Made by a program: the position numbers and the translations under genes
Assembly: GCA_020854825.1 (NCBI GenBank)
Contig: JAHKLY010000006.1
Coordinates: 1-64,000, forward strand
Direction: 5' to 3'
DNA: 64,000 nt
From: Candidatus Micrarchaeota archaeon
GTDB lineage: Archaea > Micrarchaeota > Micrarchaeia > Anstonellales > JAHKLY01
In this document: positions 18,986-29,247 of the stretch, one piece after another
Numbering within the stretch: the stretch's first letter is position 1
Layout: the number at the start of each line of letters is the position of its first letter
The notes under the pieces: model-generated
Told to the model about the DNA's origin: nothing
Seen by the model: the letters and a program-made list of their open reading frames with translations, nothing else
Database searches by the model: none

Positions 18986-21358
18986 TTACTCAAATTGAAT
19001 ATCAAAATCTCCTTGTACTATTTCTATTGCCTTTATATTTCCAGTATTTGTTAATTCTCCCACCATCTCTCCTATTTCTTCTGGTGCATATGTTGAAATT
19101 ATTATTTTTTCTATTTTATCTTTCATCGACATTTGTTTTTGCGCCCTATATTGTCTTATTTGGGATATTATTTCATTTAAAACAACAACTTTTTCTTGTG
19201 CTTTTAAGTTCCTCCATTGAGTATACGGTTCTGGCCAAGAAGAGTTAACAATAAATTTAGCTGGATCTGGATAATATATTTGATACATTTCTTCAGTTAT
19301 ATGTGGTATAAATGGACTTAACATTTTAATCATATTTAATAAAACATTAAACAAAGTGTATTTTGCTGCTCTCCTACTTTTTTCGTTTTCAGGATTTTCA
19401 TCATATAACCTGTATTTGACATATTCTAAATAATAATCGCAAACTTCATGCCACATAAATTCTTGTAATCCTTTTATTGCGTGATGATATTCATATTTTT
19501 CAAAATGATTTGTGGTATCAATGATTAAAGAGTGAAGTCTATTTAATATCCATTTATCAACTACTCTCAAATTATCAAAATCTTGATCATCATAATCATA
19601 ATCTTTGATATGTAATTCGATAAACTTTGCTGTATTCCATAATTTAGTCAAAAATGATTTTCCATATTTTATATCCTTATATGAAAACGGCCTGTCCTTT
19701 GCCATTGCACCAGACAATGCTGCCCATTGTCTTAATGCATCTGCTGAATATTCTTTCAAAACTTCATCTGGTTGGATTTCATTGTTTAAACTTTTACTCA
19801 TTTTTTTACCATCTGGTGCTAAAACATTTCCATTTAACAAAATATTTTTAAATGCAATTTCACCAGTTAATCGTTTGCATCTATGTAGTGTATAATATGC
19901 CCAAGTTCTAATAATTTCAACTCCTTGAGGTCTTAAATCACATGGATAAATTTTCTTAAAAAATTCTTTGTCTTCTTCCCATTTAGAAACTATTAATGGA
20001 CTAATAGATGAGTCCACCCAGCAATCGCAAACTGAATTTTCGCCAATCATTTTTTCTCCACAATTTGGACAATTTCTATCTTCTAATCTAGGATCAACCG
20101 GCAACTCGTCTTCTTTTGGTGGAACCCAAACTCCACATTTTTCACAATACCAAAAAGGAATAGGAGTTCCTAAAATTCTTTCTCTTGAAATAACCCAATC
20201 CCATTCAACAAAGTTTGCCCAATCTGTTAAATAAGTAACAGCAAATTCTGGAAACCAATTTATTTTTGTTGCGTCTTCACTTATTTGAGCTGAAAAATCC
20301 TTTACTTTAATAAACCATTGTTTAGACCTTAATAATTCAATTGGATGTTCACATCTATCATGAACTTTTACTACTTGATCAATCTGTTCAATTTTTTCAA
20401 TTTTATTTTCTGCAGTTAAATCATCAATTATTATTTTTTTTGCATCCTGAGTTTTTAATCCATCATATTTTCCCGCATTAATTAATTTTCCGTATTTATC
20501 AAATGCGTCTATAATTGGAAGTTTATATCTGTATGTCCAAACTATATCTTGTTTGTCTCCAAAAGTACAAACCATTACAACTCCTGTTCCAAAATCTTTA
20601 TCTACTTCTTTATCAGGAATTAATTTTACTTTTTTTCCTAACGGAGTTTCAATTTCTTCATTTGTATACTTAGCATATCTTTTATCTTCTGGATGAAACA
20701 ATACTGCAACACATGCATGAAGCATTTCTGGTCTTGTGGTTGCAACTATTATTATGTCTCCTTTACATTTAAATTTTAAATAATTAAAATCAGTTTTTCT
20801 ATTCAAATCATTTGTTTCTGCTTTAGCTATTGCAGATCCACATCTAGTACACCAGTGAATTGGATGTTCTGCATTATATAATTCATCGGTTTCATACATT
20901 TTTAATAAAGACAATTGAACTTTCTTATGATATTCTGGAGATATTGTTTTATATTCATATTTCCAATCTGGAGAATATCCCATCATTATCATCTGTAATT
21001 TCATTTTTTCAATCATTTCATTTGTCCATTCATGTGCGTGTTTCAAAAATTCTTTCCTATCTCGCATTCCATATTTTTTTTCTATTTTAACTTCTGTAGG
21101 AAATCCTTGACAATCCCACCCTTGTGGATAATATACATTAAATCCTTTCATACGTTTATATCTAGCAATAAAATCAAAATACGAATAACTTAAAACATGT
21201 CCCATATGTAATTTTCCACTTGTGAATGGCGGAGGAGTATCTATTGAATATATTGGCTTTTTACAATCTCTAGAAATATCAAATTTGTAAACATTATATT
21301 TTTGCCATTCTTTTTGCCATTTTTCTTCTATTTCTTTCGAATATCTATCATCTAACAT
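18986..21358 (-). CDS. valS: Valine--tRNA ligase
   Basis: DTPPPFTSGKLHMGH, ATTRPE, DWVISR, KMSKS class I motifs; archaeal ValRS PQGVEIIRTW. Confidence 0.96.
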   Translation of the reverse strand: MLDDRYSKEIEEKWQKEWQKYNVYKFDISRDCKKPIYSIDTPPPFTSGKLHMGHVLSYSYFDFIARYKRMKGFNVYYPQGWDCQGFPTEVKIEKKYGMRDRKEFLKHAHEWTNEMIEKMKLQMIMMGYSPDWKYEYKTISPEYHKKVQLSLLKMYETDELYNAEHPIHWCTRCGSAIAKAETNDLNRKTDFNYLKFKCKGDIIIVATTRPEMLHACVAVLFHPEDKRYAKYTNEEIETPLGKKVKLIPDKEVDKDFGTGVVMVCTFGDKQDIVWTYRYKLPIIDAFDKYGKLINAGKYDGLKTQDAKKIIIDDLTAENKIEKIEQIDQVVKVHDRCEHPIELLRSKQWFIKVKDFSAQISEDATKINWFPEFAVTYLTDWANFVEWDWVISRERILGTPIPFWYCEKCGVWVPPKEDELPVDPRLEDRNCPNCGEKMIGENSVCDCWVDSSISPLIVSKWEEDKEFFKKIYPCDLRPQGVEIIRTWAYYTLHRCKRLTGEIAFKNILLNGNVLAPDGKKMSKSLNNEIQPDEVLKEYSADALRQWAALSGAMAKDRPFSYKDIKYGKSFLTKLWNTAKFIELHIKDYDYDDQDFDNLRVVDKWILNRLHSLIIDTTNHFEKYEYHHAIKGLQEFMWHEVCDYYLEYVKYRLYDENPENEKSRRAAKYTLFNVLLNMIKMLSPFIPHITEEMYQIYYPDPAKFIVNSSWPEPYTQWRNLKAQEKVVVLNEIISQIRQYRAQKQMSMKDKIEKIIISTYAPEEIGEMVGELTNTGNIKAIEIVQGDFDIQFE

Positions 21359-21451
21359 ATTAAATTACCTTAATTTTTAGATTTTAATTTATATATACTC
21401 ATTAATAAATTTACATATATAAAGGTTTTAATTACTTTCTTAAAAGATTAC

Positions 21452-22825
21452 CTAACGATCGTACAACTCGCTTGTTATACTGCTGTTATAATGTTTTGAT
21501 AAGTTTAATTTAAATCTTTTTAAATTAGATAATATTGAAAATACAGACTCTTCTTTAAAAATATTAAAATTTGGAAACTTCTCTTTTGTAATCAACGCTT
21601 TATATCCTCTCAGCATATATACAAATTTAGATTCATCCAATTGTTTTAATAATGTAGATGCAGTTGTAGATATAGAAAATATCAACTCCAAATCTTCTAC
21701 TGTTGCAAAATTAGCACCTAGGCTAAGATTATTTGTAATTCTATTTTTTTCAATAATAGTCTTGTTCCCCCAATTGTTTTGTATTAATTTCTGTTTTATT
21801 TCCTCAATAAGTTCTACTGTCTCAACTACGTTTTGTGAAGTTTTAATATCTGTATCCCTTCTTAGTTTTAGCTCTTTTTCAGAAGTATCTAAAGGAGTAT
21901 TTTCGTTTAATGGTTCTCCGCCAAAATAAGGCAACTCATCAGATCCAATACTAAATTCTAAAGGTTCAATTGTATTTTTTAACTCAGATAATATTTTTTC
22001 TAATCTAAAAATTACATACTCTATATATTTCTCATTGGCTGTTTTATTAAATAGAATAGACTTTTCATCAAAGATTACTTGGTTTTCTCTTGTTCTAAAA
22101 ATATTTTTTATTAATTCAAAATCATAAGGACCAATAAAAATCCGCGAGTTATTACAAAATCGTTCATTAAATGAATCATAAGTATTACAATAAGTAGTAT
22201 CATTAAATACATCTAATTTTATTATTTCTGCAAACAATTCTAATATAGTATTTAATCTAATTTCCATAAACCTCATTTCTTTTACATCCGAAGATAGTAA
22301 GGGAAGATTCATTCTATTTTTTCTCATCAATTCTCCTAACCTAATTTCATATTTAAGATTAAGATCTTTAGTTAAATAAAAATCAATTTCTTTTCCGGCT
22401 AACTTTTGTTTATTATTCATAAATTCATTAATTTCTGTTTCTAATTTTTTAATAGAATTTATAAGAAACTCTTTAATTTTAGACTTATCTTTAATCCAAA
22501 GATTACTATCCCAAGGAGGATTTGTTTTTCCAGATTGTATTTCTTTAGATAAACAATAAATAGAGATAAAATCTTTAAAGGAACATTGATACTTTTCATC
22601 TTCATATGCTTCAATTGCTAATGAATCTACAAAATTAGAAAATATAGTTTGTATCTGTTGGTTTGAATATTGTAAATTTGATTTTTTGATGAAAAATGAA
22701 TAATTTCTCCAAAGAGCTGCGTATCTTTGTGATACTGATTTAATTCCTTTAAAAAAAACTTTATCTTCAGCAAACCAGGAATACCATACAAGAGTAGGTC
22801 TATTACTTTGATGCATTTCACTCAT
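21452..22825 (-). CDS. Hypothetical protein (paralogue of the upstream gene)
   Basis: Long ORF; likely start overlaps the upstream stop (ATGAGTGA); no family recognised. Confidence 0.75.
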   Translation of the reverse strand: MSEMHQSNRPTLVWYSWFAEDKVFFKGIKSVSQRYAALWRNYSFFIKKSNLQYSNQQIQTIFSNFVDSLAIEAYEDEKYQCSFKDFISIYCLSKEIQSGKTNPPWDSNLWIKDKSKIKEFLINSIKKLETEINEFMNNKQKLAGKEIDFYLTKDLNLKYEIRLGELMRKNRMNLPLLSSDVKEMRFMEIRLNTILELFAEIIKLDVFNDTTYCNTYDSFNERFCNNSRIFIGPYDFELIKNIFRTRENQVIFDEKSILFNKTANEKYIEYVIFRLEKILSELKNTIEPLEFSIGSDELPYFGGEPLNENTPLDTSEKELKLRRDTDIKTSQNVVETVELIEEIKQKLIQNNWGNKTIIEKNRITNNLSLGANFATVEDLELIFSISTTASTLLKQLDESKFVYMLRGYKALITKEKFPNFNIFKEESVFSILSNLKRFKLNLSKHYNSSITSELYDR

Positions 22826-24080
22826 AAGAACCACTACTTGTTTTATCTGCATTATTTTTACGTGAATTGTAATTTGTAATTCTATGCATTAAACTATCAA
22901 CAGATATCAAAATTACTGGTAATTGTTTAGTTGAATTGAAAAATAAACAATCTTCTCTATTAAAATAACTGCCTTTATCCTTTAATGTGTCCCAATTATA
23001 ATTATCATTCTTTAATTCAAGCATTAATAATATATCATTTTCATTAATAATCTTTGGGTCCCCTAATTCATTAATTAAAACGACTCTAACTTCATGATTT
23101 GATAAATTTGAAAATTCTCCCATTTTAGGAAGAATTCTATATGTTATAGCAGCAAGTAAATCTTTCCATACTTTATTTTCAGGAGTCTGGATTTGTGGTT
23201 GTATTCTGATTGGATTTTTTGAATCTGGTTTTTGCATATCGTTTTTTTGTTTTTGGATCTTTTTTTCAAATAAAATGATACTGTTATTGAAAAAACTAAT
23301 CATCTCCTCTAATTTTTTGGAATCAATCGTTCTAGCTTCTTGGGTTTTATACCATTCAAAAGTATCATTTAATACATCATCTTTTATAGATTTGAATATG
23401 TTTTTTGATATTAAAGATTGTTTTTCAGTACAAAAACTATTTATAAAACATTCATAAGATTTAAATCCATCTGAATTATATTTTAAACAAAGTTTATACA
23501 TATATTTAAAGATATTTAATAATTGGGAATATTTTTTTAATATATTCTCGTCTTGAATTTCTGTTGAACCTATTTTTTCAGAAGATACTGGATTTCCAAA
23601 AGAATTAGAACTAAGCAATTGTTTAGTTATTTGATCAAGTTTTTTTGTTTCTTCAATATTGAATATCTCTGGGTGTTCTATTAATACTCTTGGGTTTTGT
23701 TTTAATTTATCCAATAAATCGTTTAAATACTTTAATCCTGATCCTAAATAACCAATTGCAGTATTAAAATCATTAATTTTACTCCCATATAGAAACAAGT
23801 CTTCATTACTTTGATAAACATATTTTTTAAAAAAAACTCTATATTCCTCATAACAAGGTGCATTTGAATTTTTTTTATATTCTAAAATAGAATGTCTATT
23901 TATAATATTTATAAAAGCATTCATTTTCTCTTCATCTGATCTTCCTTGTAAATCAGATATTGTATTTGTAATATCTATAAATTTTGACCTGCATTTATTA
24001 AATTCTAAAAATAATGCCTTGGCTTGCCTAACTAGTTCTGGTTCAATTTCAAATTTTGGCTTTTGCGATCTCTCTCCCAT
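22818..24080 (-). CDS. Hypothetical protein
   Basis: Long ORF. Start MGERSQ at 24080 is preferred because a BRE/TATA-like AAACCTTTTAAAA lies about 25-35 bp upstream. Confidence 0.75.
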   Translation of the reverse strand: MGERSQKPKFEIEPELVRQAKALFLEFNKCRSKFIDITNTISDLQGRSDEEKMNAFINIINRHSILEYKKNSNAPCYEEYRVFFKKYVYQSNEDLFLYGSKINDFNTAIGYLGSGLKYLNDLLDKLKQNPRVLIEHPEIFNIEETKKLDQITKQLLSSNSFGNPVSSEKIGSTEIQDENILKKYSQLLNIFKYMYKLCLKYNSDGFKSYECFINSFCTEKQSLISKNIFKSIKDDVLNDTFEWYKTQEARTIDSKKLEEMISFFNNSIILFEKKIQKQKNDMQKPDSKNPIRIQPQIQTPENKVWKDLLAAITYRILPKMGEFSNLSNHEVRVVLINELGDPKIINENDILLMLELKNDNYNWDTLKDKGSYFNREDCLFFNSTKQLPVILISVDSLMHRITNYNSRKNNADKTSSGSYE

Positions 24081-24183
24081 GTGTAATTTTATGTGTTTAT
24101 GCGTTTTAAAAGGTTTCGTTTTGCAATTTATTCTGAAAAAAGGTATTAAAAACCTTTTTTTCATTAATGTTATGGTGAAATGT

Positions 24184-24726
24184 ATGAAAATGATATTAGG
24201 ACTATTAATAATAGCTTCTTTGATGCTATTAGGTTGTACTGCACTGGAAAATGCGACAACAGATTTAGAAGAAAAAGCAAAAACCGCATCACAAACAGAA
24301 AAAGAAATAACACCAGAAGTTGAAGAACCAATATTAGAATGTGAAATGAAATATTGGTTTGATGAAGATTCAACTGAATGTAGATATAAAGAATTCTGTG
24401 GAATGTATATGTATTATGGTTTAAGAACATTTGAAAGTCTTGAAGATTGTGAAGAAGAATTAGCAGAATCAAAAACAATAATATCAATTGACTGTGATGA
24501 TATGGATGAAACAGATAAATGGGTATGTTTGATTAAAAAAGCAGAGGAAACTAAAAATATAAATGTCTGTAATCAAATAATCCCAACTGACCAAAGAAAT
24601 ACTTGTATTAAAACAGTTTCACATATATTACATGATGTAAATATTTGCAATAAATTAAACAGTAATGATGATCAGTTGTTATGTAGATATCATTCAAGTC
24701 CACAAGTAACAGGAGGATTAACTTAA
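24184..24726 (+). CDS. Cys-rich lipoprotein
   Basis: GGTGA RBS; MKMILGLLIIASLMLLGC lipobox; repeated C..I......C helical Cys motifs. Confidence 0.85.
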   Translation: MKMILGLLIIASLMLLGCTALENATTDLEEKAKTASQTEKEITPEVEEPILECEMKYWFDEDSTECRYKEFCGMYMYYGLRTFESLEDCEEELAESKTIISIDCDDMDETDKWVCLIKKAEETKNINVCNQIIPTDQRNTCIKTVSHILHDVNICNKLNSNDDQLLCRYHSSPQVTGGLT

Positions 24727-24741
24727 TTTAACTCTTTTAAA

Positions 24742-26136
24742 TTAAAGTTTTTCCTGTTTTCCTTTTATTTCTTTTTCTCTTTTATTTATTTCTTGAGCAG
24801 CTATCAAACCTGTAAATGCAGCACCATTTATCCCCCTTGAAACTCCAGCCCCATCCCCACATACAAATAAATCTTTTACCTCAGTTTCCATATTTTTATC
24901 TACTGATAATTTTAAAGAATAAAATTTTATTTCTGGCGCATAAAGTAAAGTAGAATCAGAATCAACACCCGGTATTACACTTGATAATTTTTCTAGGCCT
25001 TCTTTAATATCTTCAACTACACGAGAAGGTAAAGCCATAGAAATATCTCCAGGGGTTACATCACCCAAAGTAGGTTTAACATAACTTTTATTTATTCTTT
25101 CCCAATTTGACCTTCTGCCTCTTTTTAAATCTTTTAATCTTTGGACAATTGGTTTTCCTCCTCCTATTTGGGTAGCTAATTCTGCAATTTTTTCACCATA
25201 TGAAATTGTATCCTCAACTGGTTCAGTTAAACTAATCCTTACTAAAAATGCAAAATTAGTGTTTTTTGATTTTTTGTCTTTCATTGCATGCCCATTAACA
25301 CATACAAATTTACCATAATTTTCCAATGAAACAAAACCATGGGGATTTGTACAAAATGTCCTTACTAAATCATCCCGTTGAGTCATTATATAAAATTTAG
25401 GATCATAATTAATTTTAGTGATTTCATCCATAACTTCGTCTGGAACTTCAACTCTAACTCCAACATCTACAGATTGAAATTCAATTTTAAGTTTTTGTTT
25501 TTTTGCTATATCTTTAAGCCAATCAGTTCCAGACCTCCCAGGTGAAATTATAACATAATCTCCTATAATTTCCTCAGTTGTTTTAACTCCTTTAATCTTA
25601 TTTAATTCAACTACTATATCTTTAACTTCTTCTTCTGTTTTAAAAATAACTCCTTTGCTTTGTAAAAAATTTGTCATATTCTCGATAACATCCGGCAATT
25701 TATCTGAACCTATATGTAATTGCTTTAAGGGTAAAAATCTAACTCCGTTCTTTTTTGCTTCTCTTGAAAGAATATCTGCATTTCCATCTGGCTCAAAATA
25801 ATCTTCTGGTTTTGCACCGAAATGAATGAATATCTTTCTTATCTTATCTAATAATTGTTCTGTTTCTTCAAGGGATTTGAATCTTAATAAATCCCCTCCT
25901 ACTTCATAATGAAAATTTATTTTACCATCTGAAAATGTTCCTGCACCTCCAATACCACATAATATATTACAAGGGTTACAATTAGTACAATAGTTGGTTT
26001 GTTTTTTAGGACATTTTCTGTTTTTTACTCTTTTTCCTTTATCAAAAATAGTTATTTCTAAATTTGAATTAGTACATAATTCATAAGCAGCAAATAATCC
26101 TGCTGGTCCTGCTCCAATAATAAGTACTTTTTTCAT
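24742..26136 (-). CDS. FAD-dependent oxidoreductase (COG2509-like)
   Basis: GAGPAG; CxxCxPC; GxGGAGTFSDGK; VRTFCTNP; GDGAGVSRG. Confidence 0.92.
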   Translation of the reverse strand: MKKVLIIGAGPAGLFAAYELCTNSNLEITIFDKGKRVKNRKCPKKQTNYCTNCNPCNILCGIGGAGTFSDGKINFHYEVGGDLLRFKSLEETEQLLDKIRKIFIHFGAKPEDYFEPDGNADILSREAKKNGVRFLPLKQLHIGSDKLPDVIENMTNFLQSKGVIFKTEEEVKDIVVELNKIKGVKTTEEIIGDYVIISPGRSGTDWLKDIAKKQKLKIEFQSVDVGVRVEVPDEVMDEITKINYDPKFYIMTQRDDLVRTFCTNPHGFVSLENYGKFVCVNGHAMKDKKSKNTNFAFLVRISLTEPVEDTISYGEKIAELATQIGGGKPIVQRLKDLKRGRRSNWERINKSYVKPTLGDVTPGDISMALPSRVVEDIKEGLEKLSSVIPGVDSDSTLLYAPEIKFYSLKLSVDKNMETEVKDLFVCGDGAGVSRGINGAAFTGLIAAQEINKREKEIKGKQEKL

Positions 26137-26181
26137 TCTCCCACATAATAGTATTTAATAAGAAAGGTATTTATTTCTTAC

Positions 26182-26796
26182 TTAAATCTGATTAAACATA
26201 ACATTAAGAAGATTATAGATATTCTTATTTTTTATAAGGAAAATTTTATCTTTTTCATAGAATGCAGTATAATCATTGAAAATCAAAATTCCTGTTTTTA
26301 GAGGGTTTATTTTTTTATTTATTGTTGCTTTTATTTTTTTATCAAAAATAAAATCAGGCCCAAAATATTTTACTTCTGTGATGTTTTTCTTTTTTTGAAT
26401 TTTTAATATATACTCATTTAGATCTTTGTGTGCATTTTCTCCTTCAAAATTCTCTATTATAAATTCAGTAAAAGGTTTATTATATATCTTTTCTAATTTT
26501 GGCACTAAAGAATCTACTACGCCCTGCTTTTGTTTTAACTGGTCCTGTTCTTTTTTTAAGAGTTTTTTGAGTGCGCTGGGAGGCGCACACTCAAACTCTT
26601 TTTTGCTCTTCCTAATTGTATAGGTCACTAAATCCTTGCCAATCAAATTTTCAAGTGTGTCATAAACATACGGTCTGTACATGCCTGTTTTCTTGGATAA
26701 CTGTGATGCGGACAAAGGACCACTTTTAAGCAAGGCCACGTAAATCTTTACTTCTGGATCTGAAAGACCCAGGGCCTTTAACTTTGTTTCATCCAT
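26182..26796 (-). CDS. TrmB family transcriptional regulator
   Basis: LGLSDPEVKIYVALL..SASQLSKKTGMYRPYVYDTLENLIGK is a TrmB HTH. Confidence 0.9.
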   Translation of the reverse strand: MDETKLKALGLSDPEVKIYVALLKSGPLSASQLSKKTGMYRPYVYDTLENLIGKDLVTYTIRKSKKEFECAPPSALKKLLKKEQDQLKQKQGVVDSLVPKLEKIYNKPFTEFIIENFEGENAHKDLNEYILKIQKKKNITEVKYFGPDFIFDKKIKATINKKINPLKTGILIFNDYTAFYEKDKIFLIKNKNIYNLLNVMFNQI

Positions 26797-26988
26797 TGCA
26801 CATGTATTACAAAAGTAAGGTTTTTAAAGTTGTCGTAAAGAACGACGACACTATCATGATGCAATCATGATGATTAAACACAATAATCATGACACAATTT
26901 TTAATAAGTAAAAAATAATAAAATAAATAAAATATACTTATTTTTTTAATAGATATATTATATTCAAAGTTAAAAAATATAATTAAAT

Positions 26989-27261
26989 CTAGTTTTTATC
27001 TGTGATTTTTATAACGTGATAACCAAAATCAGTTTTAACAGGACCAACTACTTCTCCTGTTTTTACACTAAAGCATGCATCTTCAAATTCTTTAACCATT
27101 TGACCTTTATCAAAAAATCCTAAATCTCCTCCGTTTTCTCCACTTGGACATAATGATTCTCTTCTTGCAATTGCTTCAAAAGGCTCACCGCTATTTATGC
27201 GCTCTAGGATTTTTTCTGCTTCTTTTTTTGTTTTTACTAATATGTGACTTGCTCTTATCAA
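26989..27261 (-). CDS. ppiC: Parvulin-type peptidyl-prolyl cis-trans isomerase
   Basis: IRASHILV, SLCPSG..GGDLGFF..GQMV..FE, VKTDFGYHVI. Confidence 0.95.
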   Translation of the reverse strand: MIRASHILVKTKKEAEKILERINSGEPFEAIARRESLCPSGENGGDLGFFDKGQMVKEFEDACFSVKTGEVVGPVKTDFGYHVIKITDKN

Positions 27262-27321
27262 ATTCTCACCATGTGTTTTGAATAGATTAACAGGTTGGAA
27301 AATTAAAAAGAAAAAAATAAT

Positions 27322-27627
27322 TTATCCGAATAACCCTGCTAATCCTGCAGCTGCTTCTTCTTCTTTTTTACCGTCATCTTCAACTGGTGCTGCTGCGACT
27401 GCGGCTGCTACTGGTGCTGCTGGTGCTGCTGCGACTGCCATTGCTGGTGCTTTTAATGCATCATCCCAATTTACGTCTTTTACTGCATCAGCTAAAACTT
27501 TTGCTTTTGCTGCGTCTGCATCTGTACCTGCTGCTTTCAAAACTGCCAAAATATTGGCATCAGTTATATCTTTTTCAGCTCCTTTCAATAAAAGTGCTGC
27601 ATGTAGATATGGGTCTATTTTTGTCAT
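27322..27627 (-). CDS. rpl12: 50S ribosomal stalk protein L12/P1
   Basis: YLHAALLL, Ala-rich hinge, EEEAAAGLAGLFG C-terminus. Confidence 0.96.
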   Translation of the reverse strand: MTKIDPYLHAALLLKGAEKDITDANILAVLKAAGTDADAAKAKVLADAVKDVNWDDALKAPAMAVAAAPAAPVAAAVAAAPVEDDGKKEEEAAAGLAGLFG

Positions 27628-27644
27628 ATGTATCCCTCCAAATA

Positions 27645-28520
27645 TTATTCTGTTTTTTCATCTTTTGGCTTTTCTTCTGGTTTTACATTTTTACTCAAAC
27701 CTAAAGCTTGTGAATATACTTCGGATATTAATCTATCCATTATAGATTCACTATAAATCTTTTGATTTATTGCAAAATTAACTGCATCCATAAATGAATG
27801 TTGTAATAAATATTCTGCATTTTGTGAAGTAGGTATGTTTGTGTTTACTGAAAGTGCAAATGCGTTTTGTAATTCTTGCTTGAAATTTAATGTTAATTGT
27901 TCTGAAGTTATTTCTAATATCTCTGGTTTGTAAATCAACCCTTCTTCTTGACTTAATAATAATTGTATTCCTACTTCAAAAGGTAGAACATTTACTTTTC
28001 TCAAAGCTTTTGCAACTGGATCTGATATTTTTTCTCCTTCTTTTGCAACTACTGAATCTTTAGCAACGACAATTTTTCCTGCTTTTACTTGTGCATTTAT
28101 CTTTCCTGTTTTTAATTCGGATAATGCTGGACCAGGAAGTAAATCTGTTTCACCTGCAGGCACTATTATATCAAAAGGTGCTATTTGGCCTGGTTTTGCA
28201 GGTACTTTTTCTTTATTTTGTTTGAAAAATTGATACAATTCATAAGAACTCATATTATTTGAATATATAACTGCCACAGGTTCATTTAAAGAATTTAAAA
28301 TTTCTGAACTTTGGTTTGTATTTTCTAATGCTCTTTTGATCACTGTTGATTTTCCTACTAAAAATTTTGCTTTGCCTCTTAATCTTCTTTTCATTCCCTG
28401 AAATATATTATCTGGTAAATTTCTTAACCTAATTAAAGCAATTAATTTAACATCTGACAATTCTCTTGAAAATTTTTCTACTTGTTCTTTTTTCTTAATA
28501 ATTGCTGGTCTTTCTGTCAT
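27645..28520 (-). CDS. rpl10: 50S ribosomal protein L10/P0 (uL10)
   Basis: PAKPGQIAPFDIIVPAGETDLLPGP; lies between L1 and L12. Confidence 0.95.
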   Translation of the reverse strand: MTERPAIIKKKEQVEKFSRELSDVKLIALIRLRNLPDNIFQGMKRRLRGKAKFLVGKSTVIKRALENTNQSSEILNSLNEPVAVIYSNNMSSYELYQFFKQNKEKVPAKPGQIAPFDIIVPAGETDLLPGPALSELKTGKINAQVKAGKIVVAKDSVVAKEGEKISDPVAKALRKVNVLPFEVGIQLLLSQEEGLIYKPEILEITSEQLTLNFKQELQNAFALSVNTNIPTSQNAEYLLQHSFMDAVNFAINQKIYSESIMDRLISEVYSQALGLSKNVKPEEKPKDEKTE

Positions 28521-28521
28521 T

Positions 28522-29154
28522 TTAATCACTCAATTTTATGGCTTTACCCATAGTTAATTTTACATAAACTGATTTAATATTATGATCACTAATTTTTCCT
28601 TTTAATTTATCATGAACAGTTTCAATATTATCAACTAAATCATTAATTTCCATATCCTCTGAACCAACTGGACATTGTGTTACTGGTAAATATCTACCTT
28701 TAGTTGTTACTCTTGTTCTTCTTTTTGCTTGATCAATTGCAGATTTTACATTTCCAACTAAAGGAGTTGGTAGTTTTTTTCTTGTACCTAAAACTTGACC
28801 TAAATGTTTACCTACAACTGCCATTAATTTTGGTTCTGCTAAAAATTCAGAATGATTTGCCATAGTCTTCACTTTATTTTTATTTTTTGCTAATTCTGGA
28901 ATTTGATCTCCTGCTATTACTTCTGCTCCTGCTTGTTTTGCTTCTAGAGCAGGTTGACCATCTGCAAAAACTATGATCTTTGGTTCTTTACCTCTTCCTT
29001 TAGGCAATATAATATCTAAGTTTAATCTATTTTCCGGTTTTTTAAAATCGATTCCCCTATAATTTATAATAAGTTCTACAGTTTGTTTGAATTTTTTCTT
29101 GCCTTTGTCTTGTAAACAAGTTTCTAATGCTTCTTTTATTTGTTTTTTATCCAT
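28522..29154 (-). CDS. rpl1: 50S ribosomal protein L1 (uL1)
   Basis: KKFKQTVELIIN, ILPKGRGK, VYVKLTMG; GGAGGG RBS before MDKKQ. Confidence 0.96.
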   Translation of the reverse strand: MDKKQIKEALETCLQDKGKKKFKQTVELIINYRGIDFKKPENRLNLDIILPKGRGKEPKIIVFADGQPALEAKQAGAEVIAGDQIPELAKNKNKVKTMANHSEFLAEPKLMAVVGKHLGQVLGTRKKLPTPLVGNVKSAIDQAKRRTRVTTKGRYLPVTQCPVGSEDMEINDLVDNIETVHDKLKGKISDHNIKSVYVKLTMGKAIKLSD

Positions 29155-29160
29155 ATTATA

Positions 29161-29192
29161 TTCCCTCCTGCTACCAGCAGTACGCTCGGGTA
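29161..29192 (-). promoter_or_regulatory. Putative L1-binding leader hairpin overlapping the rpl1 Shine-Dalgarno sequence
   Basis: Minus strand CCC-GAGCGUA-CUGC(UGGUA)GCAG-GA-GGG: two helices with an asymmetric internal loop, forming a GC-rich patch in an AT-rich intergenic region. Confidence 0.65.
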
Positions 29193-29247
29193 AAAATAAG
29201 TGTACTTTTAATAAACCCAAGTCTTTTTAAATCTTACTAAGACTTTT

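Noticed and set aside
24081-24183. N-terminal extensions of ORFs 22818-24164 and 24019-24726
   Set aside because: They overlap a divergent promoter region; TATA and RBS positions favour starts at 24080 and 24184.
27278-27745. Ala-rich plus-strand ORFs and GCT/GGT repeats
   Set aside because: Antisense of the Ala/Pro hinge of ribosomal protein P1.
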